This document shows positions 1 to 9,849 of a stretch of 64,000 nucleotides of DNA, piece by piece. Location: IMG/VR virus record IMGVR_UViG_3300045988_159051; one strand, given 5' to 3'. The notes beneath the pieces are model-generated. The model was not told where the DNA came from and ran no database searches. It was given only the letters and a program-made list of their open reading frames with translations. A program made the position numbers and the translations under genes. Within the stretch, counting starts at the first letter, position 1. Each line of letters begins with the position of its first letter. This DNA comes from a virus.

Positions 1-121
1 TTCTTCTCCTATGTTTTGACCTTTAGGACTTTTCATTCCTTCTAGTCTTTGACGTATCATTTCTTCACATATTAAAGCCATTTCTCTTTCGTATTCATGA
101 CCTTCTTCAATTTCTAAATAT
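1..121 (-). CDS. nrdD: Anaerobic ribonucleoside-triphosphate reductase NrdD, exon 2 (partial, runs off the window edge)
   Basis: The minus-strand translation from 121 reads QSPFSTIYLEIEEGHEYEREMALICEE..., which continues the ...TSNGQ end of exon 1 as NGQ-SPF. Group I splice rules are satisfied: exon 1 ends in U and the intron ends in G (ATG|CAA). Confidence 0.5.
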
Positions 122-1252
122 ATAGTGCTAAATGGTGATTGCATTCACCCAATATATTTTCATATATTATAGACTATCTCTTTACCATATCTACGTTAGT
201 AGACTTAGGTAGGTGGCACTTCCCATATAGGAATCTCACCTATACAGTACAGACCTCATCCCCATATCTATATTTGACTTAGGGGGTACGTCTTAGTCGT
301 TACACCTTCCAAAGAGTTTCCTCTAAGGCTTGGCTCGGTATTAGCATAGCTTATAATTGTTAATCTACAAATTTCCATCTATACCCAGCAGATAAATTAT
401 GCTTACCTTTACAGGCTTTATTTATGCTTCCAATTTTTTTACCAAAGTAACGCATTTCTGCTTCGGTCGCACTATTGAAAACTTCTCCTGTATCTATATT
501 CATAACTTTTTTACGATTTATTCTTCTAGGTTTACTTTTTATAATGGGTTCTATTATTTCATCATTCTCGTTTAAATATCTAAACACCATCTTTCCAGTA
601 GACTTCCTACTTCCTCTGCAAACAGCACATACATGAGAAAAATTTAATCCTAATATTTTAGCACATTCCATTGCACTCCCAAATATTTCACCAGTAGTGA
701 TATTCTTTACTTTTTTTGATGTTGGGTTTAAATCACCAGTCTTTCCATACATATGATTTAGTTTCCCTCGTTGTGAATTACTTATCTTTTGTTTCACACT
801 ATCATCTAAAAATTTATTGTTTCCACCACATTTTAAATTATATCCTTTTTTTCTATTTGTACTTTCGTATAGATTTATATAATAATTTTCTTTTTCATTT
901 AATTCCTCTATATTATTTGCTGTGTCTATAATTTCCCATTTAAAATTTTCTTTGCCATATTTGTTTATAGCTCTTGGAAATGCGTTTTTATACCCATAAG
1001 AATAACTTCTTTCATGCTGACTTTTTCTAATTTCAAGAGAGGAAACTGTTTGTCCTATATAAATTTTATTATTTATTAAATTAGTAGCCTTATATATTAT
1101 CATATATTCCTCCTTTATAGCCTTAGCCTTCACCGATAGCCAGTTTCTTAATTTATTGTTTCCAATGACAACTAAATTTAAAACTGACACCCTAGATTTC
1201 TAGGTTCACCACCTCATACTCTATAATGTTTCCATTATAGACAGCCAAATTG
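122..1252 (-). mobile_element. Group I self-splicing intron in nrdD carrying a GIY-YIG homing endonuclease gene
   Basis: A roughly 1.13-kb intervening sequence lies between the two nrdD exons. It has a P2-like perfect 8-bp hairpin with a GAAA tetraloop (CTATAATG GAAA CATTATAG) just inside its 5' end. A CCTAGAAATCTAGG hairpin sequesters the region before the homing-endonuclease start. The T4 nrdD(sunY)/I-TevII precedent is an arrangement of the same kind. Confidence 0.5.
360..1190 (-). CDS. GIY-YIG homing endonuclease (intron-encoded, with NUMOD-type DNA-binding repeats)
   Basis: The N-terminus reads IYKATNLINNKIYIGQT, giving GIY...YIG. There is an arginine/lysine-rich C-terminal DNA-binding region. 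The start is GTG, preceded by GAGGTGGTG. Confidence 0.75.
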   Translation of the reverse strand: MSVLNLVVIGNNKLRNWLSVKAKAIKEEYMIIYKATNLINNKIYIGQTVSSLEIRKSQHERSYSYGYKNAFPRAINKYGKENFKWEIIDTANNIEELNEKENYYINLYESTNRKKGYNLKCGGNNKFLDDSVKQKISNSQRGKLNHMYGKTGDLNPTSKKVKNITTGEIFGSAMECAKILGLNFSHVCAVCRGSRKSTGKMVFRYLNENDEIIEPIIKSKPRRINRKKVMNIDTGEVFNSATEAEMRYFGKKIGSINKACKGKHNLSAGYRWKFVD

Positions 1253-2113
1253 ACCGTTGCTAGTAGCAAGTGTACTTAATTGATATCTTATAGTTTGAAT
1301 ACCATTTTTTAATTGTTCCATCATTCTGTCTTCTGCTAACTTAGTAGCAATAATACCATCAAACTCTAATATATACTTTTTATAATACTTATTATAAGTT
1401 TCTCTTAAAAATGGTGCTATATGCTTTATAGTTATACTATTTCCACCATATTGGCCACTAGCTATCTGAGCTATGATTTGAGTAACTATAGTACAAGCAG
1501 TCTCAAATGAATTCGGTTTTTCTACCATTTTTTCATTTATTACTGTTCCATTTTGAAGCATATCCTCTAAATTAATTAGACAGCAATTAAATATGTTTTG
1601 CATTGTATAGTCCATATCGTGAAAATGTATGATACCTTCATCGTGTGCTTGAACTATGTGTGCTGGTATTAATTTTCTTCTTGATATATCTTTAGATATT
1701 TCTCCAGCTATTAAGTCTCTTTGAGTTGAAGCTACATAAGAATTTTTATTAGAATTTTCATTTATAACTTCTTCATTTGTAAAGTTTATTAATCCCATTA
1801 TACTGTCATCAGTAGTATTCATATTTCTTTTAAATGATTGAACAGCTCTATATCCTTCATATGCTTTTGCTGTTAACTCTTGCTTATGTTCTATTAGTGA
1901 AAAATACACATAATTTTCAACTTGATATATAGTTGGAGTTCCTTCATTATAGTTTTTAAATTTTAATTCACTATCATTAGCGATTTGTTTAGCTATGTTT
2001 TTGTCTATTATCCCACTACCATATTTCATAGCTTTAAGTATTGCGTTTTCAATCTTGGACTTATCAAATCCAACAACTGATCCATCTCTTTTGATTACTT
2101 TCATTTCTATCAT
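1253..2113 (-). CDS. nrdD: Anaerobic ribonucleoside-triphosphate reductase NrdD, exon 1 (ATP-cone plus N-terminal catalytic region)
   Basis: It matches E. coli NrdD closely: VIKRDGSVVGFDKSKI (ATP cone), NSNKNSYVASTQRDLIAG, IVQAHDEGIIHFHDMDY, FNCCLINLEDML and TQIIAQIASGQYGG. The ORF-track reading continues into the intron (FGCL-stop). Confidence 0.8.
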
Positions 2114-2207
2114 TCTCCTTTTTTAATTTTTATAATATGTTAACAAAGGGATTTAAAAGCCCTTTATTACTTACTCATTAATATTTAATACAAATAAAAG
2201 AAGTATT

Positions 2208-2924
2208 TTATTGTGTATTTTTATATTTCATTAATACTTCAATAGTATCAGCTCTTTTATTATATTTATTTCTTATATCTTTTTTACTTTTCATTTCCCA
2301 AACTATTTCAAAGTCTTCTGGTACATTTTTTTTATATTCGCTTATATAAATATCATATTTATCTGAATTATCTCTAACCCATTGATAAAATTCTTCATGA
2401 TTGAATTTTCCAACTTCATTTTTACAATATTGAGTTGTATTCTTATATGGTATATCACAATAAACTAATGAACCTTCAGGAATAGTAACTTTTTTGTAAT
2501 CTAAATTAAAAAACTTAACATCATATAAACATTTCAACTTATCTAATGTACTATTATAAGCATTTAAACAATAGTTTCTATTATCTGATGCTGCATATCC
2601 TCCAAACCATTTACCAGCAAAACTACACCCAAATCCAACGAATCCCGTTAGATGAGGTTTAACGTCTTTATTATTTTTCAAAAACTCATAACCTTCTTTA
2701 GTTAAAGTTTGAGGCGGTATCCATCCATTTTGTAATTCTTTCCACATAGCTATTAGATATTTATGCTTATCATTTGCTATTCTAACTCTATTATTATTTA
2801 TTTTAGTTATCACATTACAACTCCCACAGAACAAATCTACAAATGGCTGATTTCCCTTTAATTTATCGTTAAGAAACTCTGACAATGGCTTGCTTATTCT
2901 TTGTTTCCCACCAAAATATTTCAT
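2208..2924 (-). CDS. Dam-like DNA N6-adenine methyltransferase (D12 class)
   Basis: Motif I is VDLFCGSCNV and motif IV is YCDIPY, a DPPY variant. Confidence 0.7.
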   Translation of the reverse strand: MKYFGGKQRISKPLSEFLNDKLKGNQPFVDLFCGSCNVITKINNNRVRIANDKHKYLIAMWKELQNGWIPPQTLTKEGYEFLKNNKDVKPHLTGFVGFGCSFAGKWFGGYAASDNRNYCLNAYNSTLDKLKCLYDVKFFNLDYKKVTIPEGSLVYCDIPYKNTTQYCKNEVGKFNHEEFYQWVRDNSDKYDIYISEYKKNVPEDFEIVWEMKSKKDIRNKYNKRADTIEVLMKYKNTQ

Positions 2925-3154
2925 AATAAAATTCTCCTTTTAGTATATTAAAGTTTCATTTTATTTACTTATAAATTTGTAAACTTATTATACTTATTCT
3001 CATTCATTATAACTATATATCTTCCTTGTTCTCCATATGGATATACATGACTTGCTCCACCACATATGTCTCTTAAATACCAAGCAATGAATCTAATCAT
3101 ATATTTATGTAAAAATCTCTTCATCATACCTCCAATAAAATCTAAGTTTTATTT

Positions 3155-3340
3155 CTATAGGTAATTTTCTTCATAATATAACTTTTCAAAAATTTCTTTT
3201 TTCTCCTTCGGTACTTCGGCTACATAATCAACCCAATCTTCATTCATATACGCTTGAGATATTGCATCATTTTTATTTCTTGCATATACTGGAACACCAA
3301 GTTGAGTTCCTTCTTTTGTATACACCATAAACATTTTCAT
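3155..3340 (-). CDS. hypothetical protein
   Basis: A 61-aa ORF within the co-directional gene array. Confidence 0.3.
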   Translation of the reverse strand: MKMFMVYTKEGTQLGVPVYARNKNDAISQAYMNEDWVDYVAEVPKEKKEIFEKLYYEENYL

Positions 3341-3369
3341 AATATAATCCTTTCCTTTATTTTATACAA

Positions 3370-3573
3370 TTATAGTAAGTTAAACTTAAAATTGTCTAAT
3401 GTATCATTCAGCATTATTTCCAATCCATCTATTACTCTATCTTCTATTTTATATCCATCTTCAATTAATAAATTGTAAGTATTTGTGTTTATTTCAATCA
3501 CATTTATTGGTTCATTATAATATTTTTTAAGATCTATTGCTCTTTCAATACATCCCATAAACGCTTCAAACAT
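3370..3573 (-). CDS. hypothetical protein
   Basis: A 67-aa ORF within the co-directional gene array. Confidence 0.3.
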   Translation of the reverse strand: MFEAFMGCIERAIDLKKYYNEPINVIEINTNTYNLLIEDGYKIEDRVIDGLEIMLNDTLDNFKFNLL

Positions 3574-3595
3574 AGTTATCTCCTTATATGCTAAG

Positions 3596-4405
3596 TTATG
3601 AAATTTTATCTATTTTATTATGAAATTTGGCATGACATTCGTTACATAGAATTATCAAATCCTCATCTTTTTCAAATCCTACTCTATCATATGTATTATG
3701 ATGAACATGAAAGTTTTTAGATATATCTCCACATAGTTGACATTTACTCCCTCGCTTTTTTAATATATCTTCTCTTGTGTTTTGCCATCTTTTTGATTTT
3801 AAGTATTCGTGATAATATTCTTTTCTATTAATTACTTTAATATCCTTATAGAAGGTTAATGTAAAAAATACATCTTCACAGAACTCACAATATTCTATAC
3901 AAAATCTAGGTTTATATATGTTATCGTCTCTAAATTCAATATAACTTATCATTAGTTTCGATATTTCTTTATTTGAGCCTTTCTCAGAATGTAAAATATC
4001 GTCTAGTCTTTGGGTTAATGGCATCCATGTTGATTTTCTGAACCCTAGTTTCTCTATTTTTATTTCATTAGAAAATATACCCTCACCCTTAAATATCACA
4101 GTGTTATCATTTATTATATCGATATCAAACCCATTTCTATTATTGAAAATACTATACTCATTTGATATGTAGTTATCACGATATATAATTCTTATTTCAT
4201 CCGCAAATGGTAAGTAATGTTTTCTTAAAAACTTTAACTCATCAATTGAGCTGAATTTTTGTCTATCTTCTGGGAGAAATGTACTTCCGAAATCAGACAT
4301 ATATACTTCGTTTATCAGTTCTTCATTTTTTGTAAACATTCCAAATGTTGCAAATAAACCTCTCCCGATTATTTTATTTGTAAATTTATCCCTTCTAGCC
4401 TTCAT
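3596..4405 (-). CDS. HNH endonuclease (free-standing homing-endonuclease-like)
   Basis: The C-terminus reads CQLCGDISKNFHVHHNTYDRVGFEKDEDLIILCNECHAKFHN, giving C..C..HH..N..C..CH. Confidence 0.6.
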   Translation of the reverse strand: MKARRDKFTNKIIGRGLFATFGMFTKNEELINEVYMSDFGSTFLPEDRQKFSSIDELKFLRKHYLPFADEIRIIYRDNYISNEYSIFNNRNGFDIDIINDNTVIFKGEGIFSNEIKIEKLGFRKSTWMPLTQRLDDILHSEKGSNKEISKLMISYIEFRDDNIYKPRFCIEYCEFCEDVFFTLTFYKDIKVINRKEYYHEYLKSKRWQNTREDILKKRGSKCQLCGDISKNFHVHHNTYDRVGFEKDEDLIILCNECHAKFHNKIDKIS

Positions 4406-4570
4406 ATCTATATCTCCAAAAATAAAACATTGATTTTATACATTACATATACAGAACATATCCAATGTATATATAAAATATTATGTTTTTTAATTATCTT
4501 TTGTATAAATAATCTCTGTATTAAAATTTTACATACCTAAAACATACCTATTATATATACAAGATATATC

Positions 4571-4810
4571 CTACTGTAATATTTTACCCAATTTAAGATC
4601 ATCAAATATTTTGCTAACTAATTCAATTTTATTAACAAGTTCAATGTTGGTTGATAATTCAGCTCTAATATTATTTATTTCATTATTGAATCTCTCTGAT
4701 AATCTATCTAATGTTTCTTCTGCTTTATCCATATTTTGTTTTGCTAACTCATATCTTAAAGCTGCTAAAGTTAAATTGTCTATTAGTTCTATTAATTCTT
4801 TACCCTTCAT
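4571..4810 (-). CDS. hypothetical coiled-coil protein
   Basis: A 79-aa ORF with heptad-rich composition. Confidence 0.3.
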   Translation of the reverse strand: MKGKELIELIDNLTLAALRYELAKQNMDKAEETLDRLSERFNNEINNIRAELSTNIELVNKIELVSKIFDDLKLGKILQ

Positions 4811-4813
4811 ATC

Positions 4814-5410
4814 TTATCTCCTTTTATCGTATTCTTTATGGTAACAAACTTGACATACACTTTCATATCTTTCAGTTCCAGTAATATCACCTACTATTTT
4901 ATCATTACCTTCAAATACTGGTACATCGTCTATTAATCTTAAATGTGTTGTAGCTTTATTATCACATCTACTACACATACTTTTTATCTCTTCAACTGTA
5001 TCTGCTAATATCAACAATTCTTCTGAAGCTTCAAACAGTTTATTGTTATAACTTAATTTTAACCCATAACAGAATATATCCATATTATGATATTTGCTTA
5101 ATGTCCAAAGTTGTCTTATTTGTTCTTTAGTCATAAAGTTAATTTCATCAAAGAATAATACAACCCTATCAGATTTTATATCTGGTATACTTAATATCAT
5201 ATCTACAAGATTTACATCTTTTGTAAATACATTACATTCTCTCCCATATGTAATAGCCCTAGATCTTATTTCACCATAATCTCTACTATCAAATGCTGGT
5301 TTGAATAATAATACTTTACATCCTGAAGATTCAAACTGATATGATTTTAGTAATAATGTAGAACTCTTCATACTATTCATGCAACCATAGTAGTATCTTA
5401 ACTTCTTCAT
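4814..5410 (-). CDS. tdk: Thymidine kinase
   Basis: It shows the thymidine kinase architecture: a P-loop (YYGCMNSMKSSTLL), VLFFDEINF (DEAQFF-like), CYGL, and a C-terminal zinc ribbon CSRCDNKA...CQVCYH. The P-loop has Met at the second conserved Gly. Confidence 0.75.
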   Translation of the reverse strand: MKKLRYYYGCMNSMKSSTLLLKSYQFESSGCKVLLFKPAFDSRDYGEIRSRAITYGRECNVFTKDVNLVDMILSIPDIKSDRVVLFFDEINFMTKEQIRQLWTLSKYHNMDIFCYGLKLSYNNKLFEASEELLILADTVEEIKSMCSRCDNKATTHLRLIDDVPVFEGNDKIVGDITGTERYESVCQVCYHKEYDKRR

Positions 5411-5426
5411 CTAATCATCCTTTCGT

Positions 5427-5921
5427 TTATATTTCATTCATTTTTTCTATTAGTTTATTTCTGCTTTTATCAATATTTTCAATTATGAACCCCAGTTTAA
5501 ATCTTTTACCATAAAAGCACTTTATGTCATTTAAATATAATGTATCTTCATTCCAATCTGTTTCTTCTAATTCAGAATGATCTTTATTTATGTATTTTTT
5601 ATATCTATGATATGGAACAGTTAAATTAATTTCCATTCCTTCTCTTTCAATATGTAATACATATAACCATAAATCTGCATTATTATCAGGTTTATGTATC
5701 TTAATGTCAAATAAATCAGTTTTTAACATTTCTTCTATTGCAGCATTTCTGTGTTCCCATATATAATTTAATGTGCCTTTGTTATTAAACTTCTTACTCA
5801 TCCATTCAAATCTCTTACTTTCCATAATCCAGTGAGATATCACAAAGATACTTTTAGTTATTCTCCCATGTTTTTCTTCTATCTCTTCAAACTTGAGATG
5901 TATATTTTTTCTTACTCCCAT
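5427..5921 (-). CDS. hypothetical protein
   Basis: A 164-aa ORF preceded by one copy of the conserved promoter element (near 5963-5981). Confidence 0.35.
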   Translation of the reverse strand: MGVRKNIHLKFEEIEEKHGRITKSIFVISHWIMESKRFEWMSKKFNNKGTLNYIWEHRNAAIEEMLKTDLFDIKIHKPDNNADLWLYVLHIEREGMEINLTVPYHRYKKYINKDHSELEETDWNEDTLYLNDIKCFYGKRFKLGFIIENIDKSRNKLIEKMNEI

Positions 5922-6038
5922 AAATGTCCTCCTTTGTTAATATACTATAATTATAGTATAATTTTTATAATATGTCAATAAAAATAAGCTAGAATATTAA
6001 TTTATCCTAGCTGTAATATTCCTTTATTGATGTCATAA

Positions 6039-6653
6039 TTAACTCTCCTTGATTATATATGCTTGTTTATAATGTCTTCCCTTTGCATTTACCCTGTTAA
6101 AATATTCGGCATTATTTTCTCCTGATACCCTTGGAACGAATACATCACAAGCTGCTACTGTTGAAAAGTATTTATCACTACCCCTGTCTTCAACAACTTT
6201 CATCCCTTCACCTTCTATGTATACATTTGTGCCAAAATCAAGATAATTATTAGCTATCATGCCATTTTGTAATGTTTTTCCTGTGGCTGTTACATTTCCA
6301 TATTTTGAATTTTCTATAGCTAAATCACTATAATAACTAATTTCCATCATTATAGGTTGTAATTGGTCTATAGATATCCCTCTTGGTAATCTCCAACTTC
6401 TAGTTTCTTCTCTAAGTTTATATTCATCACTTCTTTTATATTCAGCTATTTTATCTATTTGTTCTTGAATTTTATTATCCATTTCCTCTTGTTTTCTTTT
6501 TTCTTGTAATTTAACTTCTATCATAGTTTGAGGATTATATTCTGACTTTCTTATTCTATTTATAAGTTGTTTATTCTGATAGTCGTTATATTCCTTTATT
6601 CCAAAAACTGTTATCCCTAACATTACTGTAACTGGTATTATTACTTTTTTCAT
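6039..6653 (-). CDS. Membrane-anchored 3D-domain protein (YuiC/MltA-like cell-wall-associated fold)
   Basis: The N-terminal anchor is MKKVIIPVTVMLGITVFG. The C-terminus GKTLQNGMIAN...GTNVYIEGEG.KVVEDRGS resembles the 3D-domain consensus. Confidence 0.5.
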   Translation of the reverse strand: MKKVIIPVTVMLGITVFGIKEYNDYQNKQLINRIRKSEYNPQTMIEVKLQEKRKQEEMDNKIQEQIDKIAEYKRSDEYKLREETRSWRLPRGISIDQLQPIMMEISYYSDLAIENSKYGNVTATGKTLQNGMIANNYLDFGTNVYIEGEGMKVVEDRGSDKYFSTVAACDVFVPRVSGENNAEYFNRVNAKGRHYKQAYIIKES

Positions 6654-7084
6654 TAGTTTAAAATCCTTTCATTTAATTCGTTTAATGATATTCCTAAATT
6701 TTCTAATTCAGTCGATAACTCCATTATTTCATGATTGATTAATTCTATGTCTTTGTTTATAGTGAATATTGACCTAGACACTTTATCTAGTTGTTCCTCT
6801 AAAGAATTATATTCTTTATTCATTTGATCTACAATTTTCTTGATGTTTGAGTTGCTATTAATATATGATTTATTTCGTTTCTTCATCAATATTTCTTCTG
6901 CAACTTTTATTTTCCAAGTGTTGCTTGTATTTGCAAAATTATTAATCTTATCAGCATAATCATCAAATTTCCATTGCTCTATTAAATCTTCTATTACCTT
7001 ATCATCTTTTTTCATTAGATATAAAAATAGCTTCTGCTCCTCTTCAAGTCTGTTTTCTATCAATTTTATATTTCTCCTATTCAT
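6653..7084 (-). CDS. hypothetical coiled-coil protein
   Basis: A 143-aa ORF whose start overlaps the preceding gene's stop. Confidence 0.3.
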   Translation of the reverse strand: MNRRNIKLIENRLEEEQKLFLYLMKKDDKVIEDLIEQWKFDDYADKINNFANTSNTWKIKVAEEILMKKRNKSYINSNSNIKKIVDQMNKEYNSLEEQLDKVSRSIFTINKDIELINHEIMELSTELENLGISLNELNERILN

Positions 7085-7086
7085 AT

Positions 7087-7500
7087 TTAATCTAATAACT
7101 CTGGGTTTTCATATATATTCCCTATAACTTCTATATATTCACTATAATGCCATATTTCTTCCAAATCCATATTCCTATTAGTTATATCCCAACCCATTAA
7201 TTCTTTATTAAATATTATTTTACCAGTATTTATGAATTCATTATATTCATATCCACAATCAGAATATATAGTTTCTTCATCCATAAACTTAACTATATCA
7301 CCTTCATATACTTCTTTCCCATTCTTGTCTTTTAAACCTATGTATTGCATTAACTCATAGTGTTTAATCTCTCCATTATCAGCAGGAGTGTCATAAGCAA
7401 CACAAATGTCTTTGCCTAAAAACATAACTAATAAATCATCATTATCATAAGACATTATATTTAATTCTTTATCCCATACTCTAAACTTTATTTCTCTCAT
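7087..7500 (-). CDS. YopX-family phage protein (paralog 1)
   Basis: The N-terminus MREIKFRVWDK and the C-terminus VIGNIYENPELL are shared with the ORFs at 26946 and 29536. Confidence 0.6.
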   Translation of the reverse strand: MREIKFRVWDKELNIMSYDNDDLLVMFLGKDICVAYDTPADNGEIKHYELMQYIGLKDKNGKEVYEGDIVKFMDEETIYSDCGYEYNEFINTGKIIFNKELMGWDITNRNMDLEEIWHYSEYIEVIGNIYENPELLD

Positions 7501-7610
7501 ATTTTCCTCCTAAAATAAATATAGTTAGGAAATTTAATTCCTAACTATATTATAATATAATTTGTATAATATGTCTATTGCAACTTATTTTATCAGATAA
7601 ATTTTTCATT

Positions 7611-7880
7611 TTATCCCAATTCTGTAAAACCCTTTTTAAACTCTTCATATGTCACTTCATATGTTGTATCATAATTTTCTAATATTGCAGTAACATTGCT
7701 AGCATAAACTAACTTCCATATTAACCCTGTAGATTCTTCTTTGTAGTACTTAGGATGAGACTCTTCTAGAGAATCCAAAACGTAATACCTTACTCTACCT
7801 CTATATCCATCTACGTTGTCTAAGTCATATATAGAGCTTCCATTTTTAAATTCTATTTTTTTCATAATTTCTCCTACCAA
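7611..7880 (-). CDS. hypothetical protein
   Basis: An 89-aa ORF. Confidence 0.3.
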   Translation of the reverse strand: MVGEIMKKIEFKNGSSIYDLDNVDGYRGRVRYYVLDSLEESHPKYYKEESTGLIWKLVYASNVTAILENYDTTYEVTYEEFKKGFTELG

Positions 7881-7902
7881 ATAAAAGTCTGATTTTATCT
7901 TA

Positions 7903-8154
7903 CTATATACTTAATACTATATCTTCATTTGGTATTACATCGTATTGTCCTGAACTAAAAAGAGGGTCTAATATATCATCTACACATTCAAAACTTTTGA
8001 ATGTTATTGTTGCATCATTTAAACACAATAATTTATATTTATAACATGAAGGGGTAAATTCTTTTACTATCATATAATAACTTTCACTTGCATGACTAAA
8101 TATCATATCTCCAACTTTTACATCCTTACATTTTTTCTTAAAATTAAATTTCAT
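7903..8154 (-). CDS. hypothetical protein
   Basis: An 83-aa ORF. Confidence 0.3.
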   Translation of the reverse strand: MKFNFKKKCKDVKVGDMIFSHASESYYMIVKEFTPSCYKYKLLCLNDATITFKSFECVDDILDPLFSSGQYDVIPNEDIVLSI

Positions 8155-8184
8155 AATATATCCTCCTATAAAATCATTCTTTCA

Positions 8185-8430
8185 TTATTTATCCTCTATC
8201 AACGTAACAGTAGCAGTTCCAAATTTCATTGATCCATTTATATCATACTTACCAATAGTCATCCAGTAATCACAATCATAACCATTTAATTCATATGGTT
8301 CTTCGCTATCTCCTAATACATATTGAATGATATCAGGATATACACATTGTAATTTTACCGAATCACCTTTTACTCTTAGTCTATCTACTTGTTTGTAGAT
8401 GTATCTTCTTATTTGTTCTTCTATATTCAT
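8185..8430 (-). CDS. hypothetical protein
   Basis: An 81-aa ORF with a GGGGG RBS, downstream of a consensus promoter. Confidence 0.35.
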   Translation of the reverse strand: MNIEEQIRRYIYKQVDRLRVKGDSVKLQCVYPDIIQYVLGDSEEPYELNGYDCDYWMTIGKYDINGSMKFGTATVTLIEDK

Positions 8431-8479
8431 ATTTACCCCCCAAATAAAAATACTTAAGAAGTATTACCCTCTTAAGTAT

Positions 8480-8508
8480 ATAATAAACTAATTTGTATAA
8501 TATGTCAA
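8480..8508 (-). promoter_or_regulatory. Sigma-A-type promoter of the conserved family (TTGACA-N17-TATTAT)
   Basis: On the minus strand, TTGACA is at 8508-8503, the spacer TATTATACAAATTAGTT is 17 nt, and TATTAT is at 8485-8480. Confidence 0.55.
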
Positions 8509-8711
8509 CTTGTTTTAATAATCCAATAGAAAAATATGACTACTAATAAGAATGTAACTAAATCTTTTATATTAAAAGCTGTTATTAATCCTATTAGACT
8601 GTTTAACCCTGTATATATTACACCTAATGCTACTAATAAAGATATTACATATAATATTATTACAATTATATGTGTCAGTATTTTTATAATCTTACTACTC
8701 ATAAATCTCAC
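8505..8711 (-). CDS. small hydrophobic membrane protein
   Basis: A 68-aa ORF with two predicted TM segments. Confidence 0.3.
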   Translation of the reverse strand: MRFMSSKIIKILTHIIVIILYVISLLVALGVIYTGLNSLIGLITAFNIKDLVTFLLVVIFFYWIIKTS

Positions 8712-8736
8712 CTCTTAAAGTATAAAGTTCGTATGC

Positions 8737-8904
8737 TTATACCTCAGTATCTCCGTCAATTTCATAATCAAATTCTTTTAGAATCCCTCTATTATAACAC
8801 TCCATACAACAACACATTATATCGTTTAATTTTTCGTTGTATGCATGTATTATATTATCGCTTTTACAATGTCTACACCAAGTATTTATATATATTAACC
8901 CCAT
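8737..8904 (-). CDS. small Cys-rich (zinc-ribbon-like) protein
   Basis: A 55-aa ORF (MGLIYINTWCRHC...MCCCMECYN) that abuts the stop of the upstream methyltransferase. It is not in the ORF track because it is under 60 aa. Confidence 0.3.
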   Translation of the reverse strand: MGLIYINTWCRHCKSDNIIHAYNEKLNDIMCCCMECYNRGILKEFDYEIDGDTEV

Positions 8905-9849
8905 TTAATTATTCTCCTTTATATTGGTTATCATAATTTCTCTTACTTCTTTTACATCTTTTGCCCCTTGCCCTGATTTTGTTTTATTTGATAGTTCGAT
9001 TACTCTTAATTCCGAATCACTATTTAATAATTCATATAATTTAGTGTGAGTAAAATTATCTCTCTCTATATAGTTAAAATATATAAAGTCAACTTCTTTT
9101 TTCTTTAGGATATCTAGCAGATAATCATCATGCTTAACAGAAAAATCTTGACTGTACATATCTTGTCTAAGTATATACGGAGGATCTAATATTAACAAAT
9201 CATCTCTATTATATTTTACGTCAATCATATCATAGTTGGTAAATTTATATTCTCTGTCGCATAAACTACTATCCAATTCGTTTAATCCGTTTACGATTAA
9301 CTCTATCATAGATTCACCAAAGAACTCTTTCTTATTCCCTAAGCCTCTAAATCCTTGATTAAATTCTCCTTGCTTGTTAAATCTAACCATAGAATTACTA
9401 CACATTTTTAACAACAAAGCCGTTTCATATATAAATTCTCTATCGAATTGATTTCTATTATATTTTATATTCCAATATTTTCTAAAATCATAATAATCTT
9501 GTTTGTTACTGAAGTTATTCCACTTAGTAATTATATTTCTAAGTTCTAAGAAATCAAACATACCTGAACTTTTATTTATTGATTTATACAATAATGGTAG
9601 CAATCTTTGTTTATCATTTCCTATGAATTCATTTGCTTCACAATCTAAATTTAAGATGATATTCCCACTACCCATAAACATATCTACAACTTTATTATAT
9701 TTTTTATTTTTTATGACATCATTTATAGTATCTATATAATTATATTTGTTTCCGACCCAATTAAACGGTGTTTTCATAACATTCTCCTCTTTCCAATTTG
9801 TATAATATATAAATAAAACTGTAGTTTTATTTGCTATCCTCTTCATCAA
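8905..9849 (-). CDS. Dam-like DNA N6-adenine methyltransferase (second copy, divergent)
   Basis: Motif I is VDMFMGSGN and motif IV is LILDPPYIL. Confidence 0.65.
   Translation of the reverse strand: MMKRIANKTTVLFIYYTNWKEENVMKTPFNWVGNKYNYIDTINDVIKNKKYNKVVDMFMGSGNIILNLDCEANEFIGNDKQRLLPLLYKSINKSSGMFDFLELRNIITKWNNFSNKQDYYDFRKYWNIKYNRNQFDREFIYETALLLKMCSNSMVRFNKQGEFNQGFRGLGNKKEFFGESMIELIVNGLNELDSSLCDREYKFTNYDMIDVKYNRDDLLILDPPYILRQDMYSQDFSVKHDDYLLDILKKKEVDFIYFNYIERDNFTHTKLYELLNSDSELRVIELSNKTKSGQGAKDVKEVREIMITNIKENN

Noticed and set aside
716-931. Plus-strand 71-aa ORF inside the GIY-YIG endonuclease gene
   Set aside because: It is antisense to a well-supported gene, has low-complexity Leu/Phe/Tyr composition typical of AT-rich antisense frames, and has no RBS.
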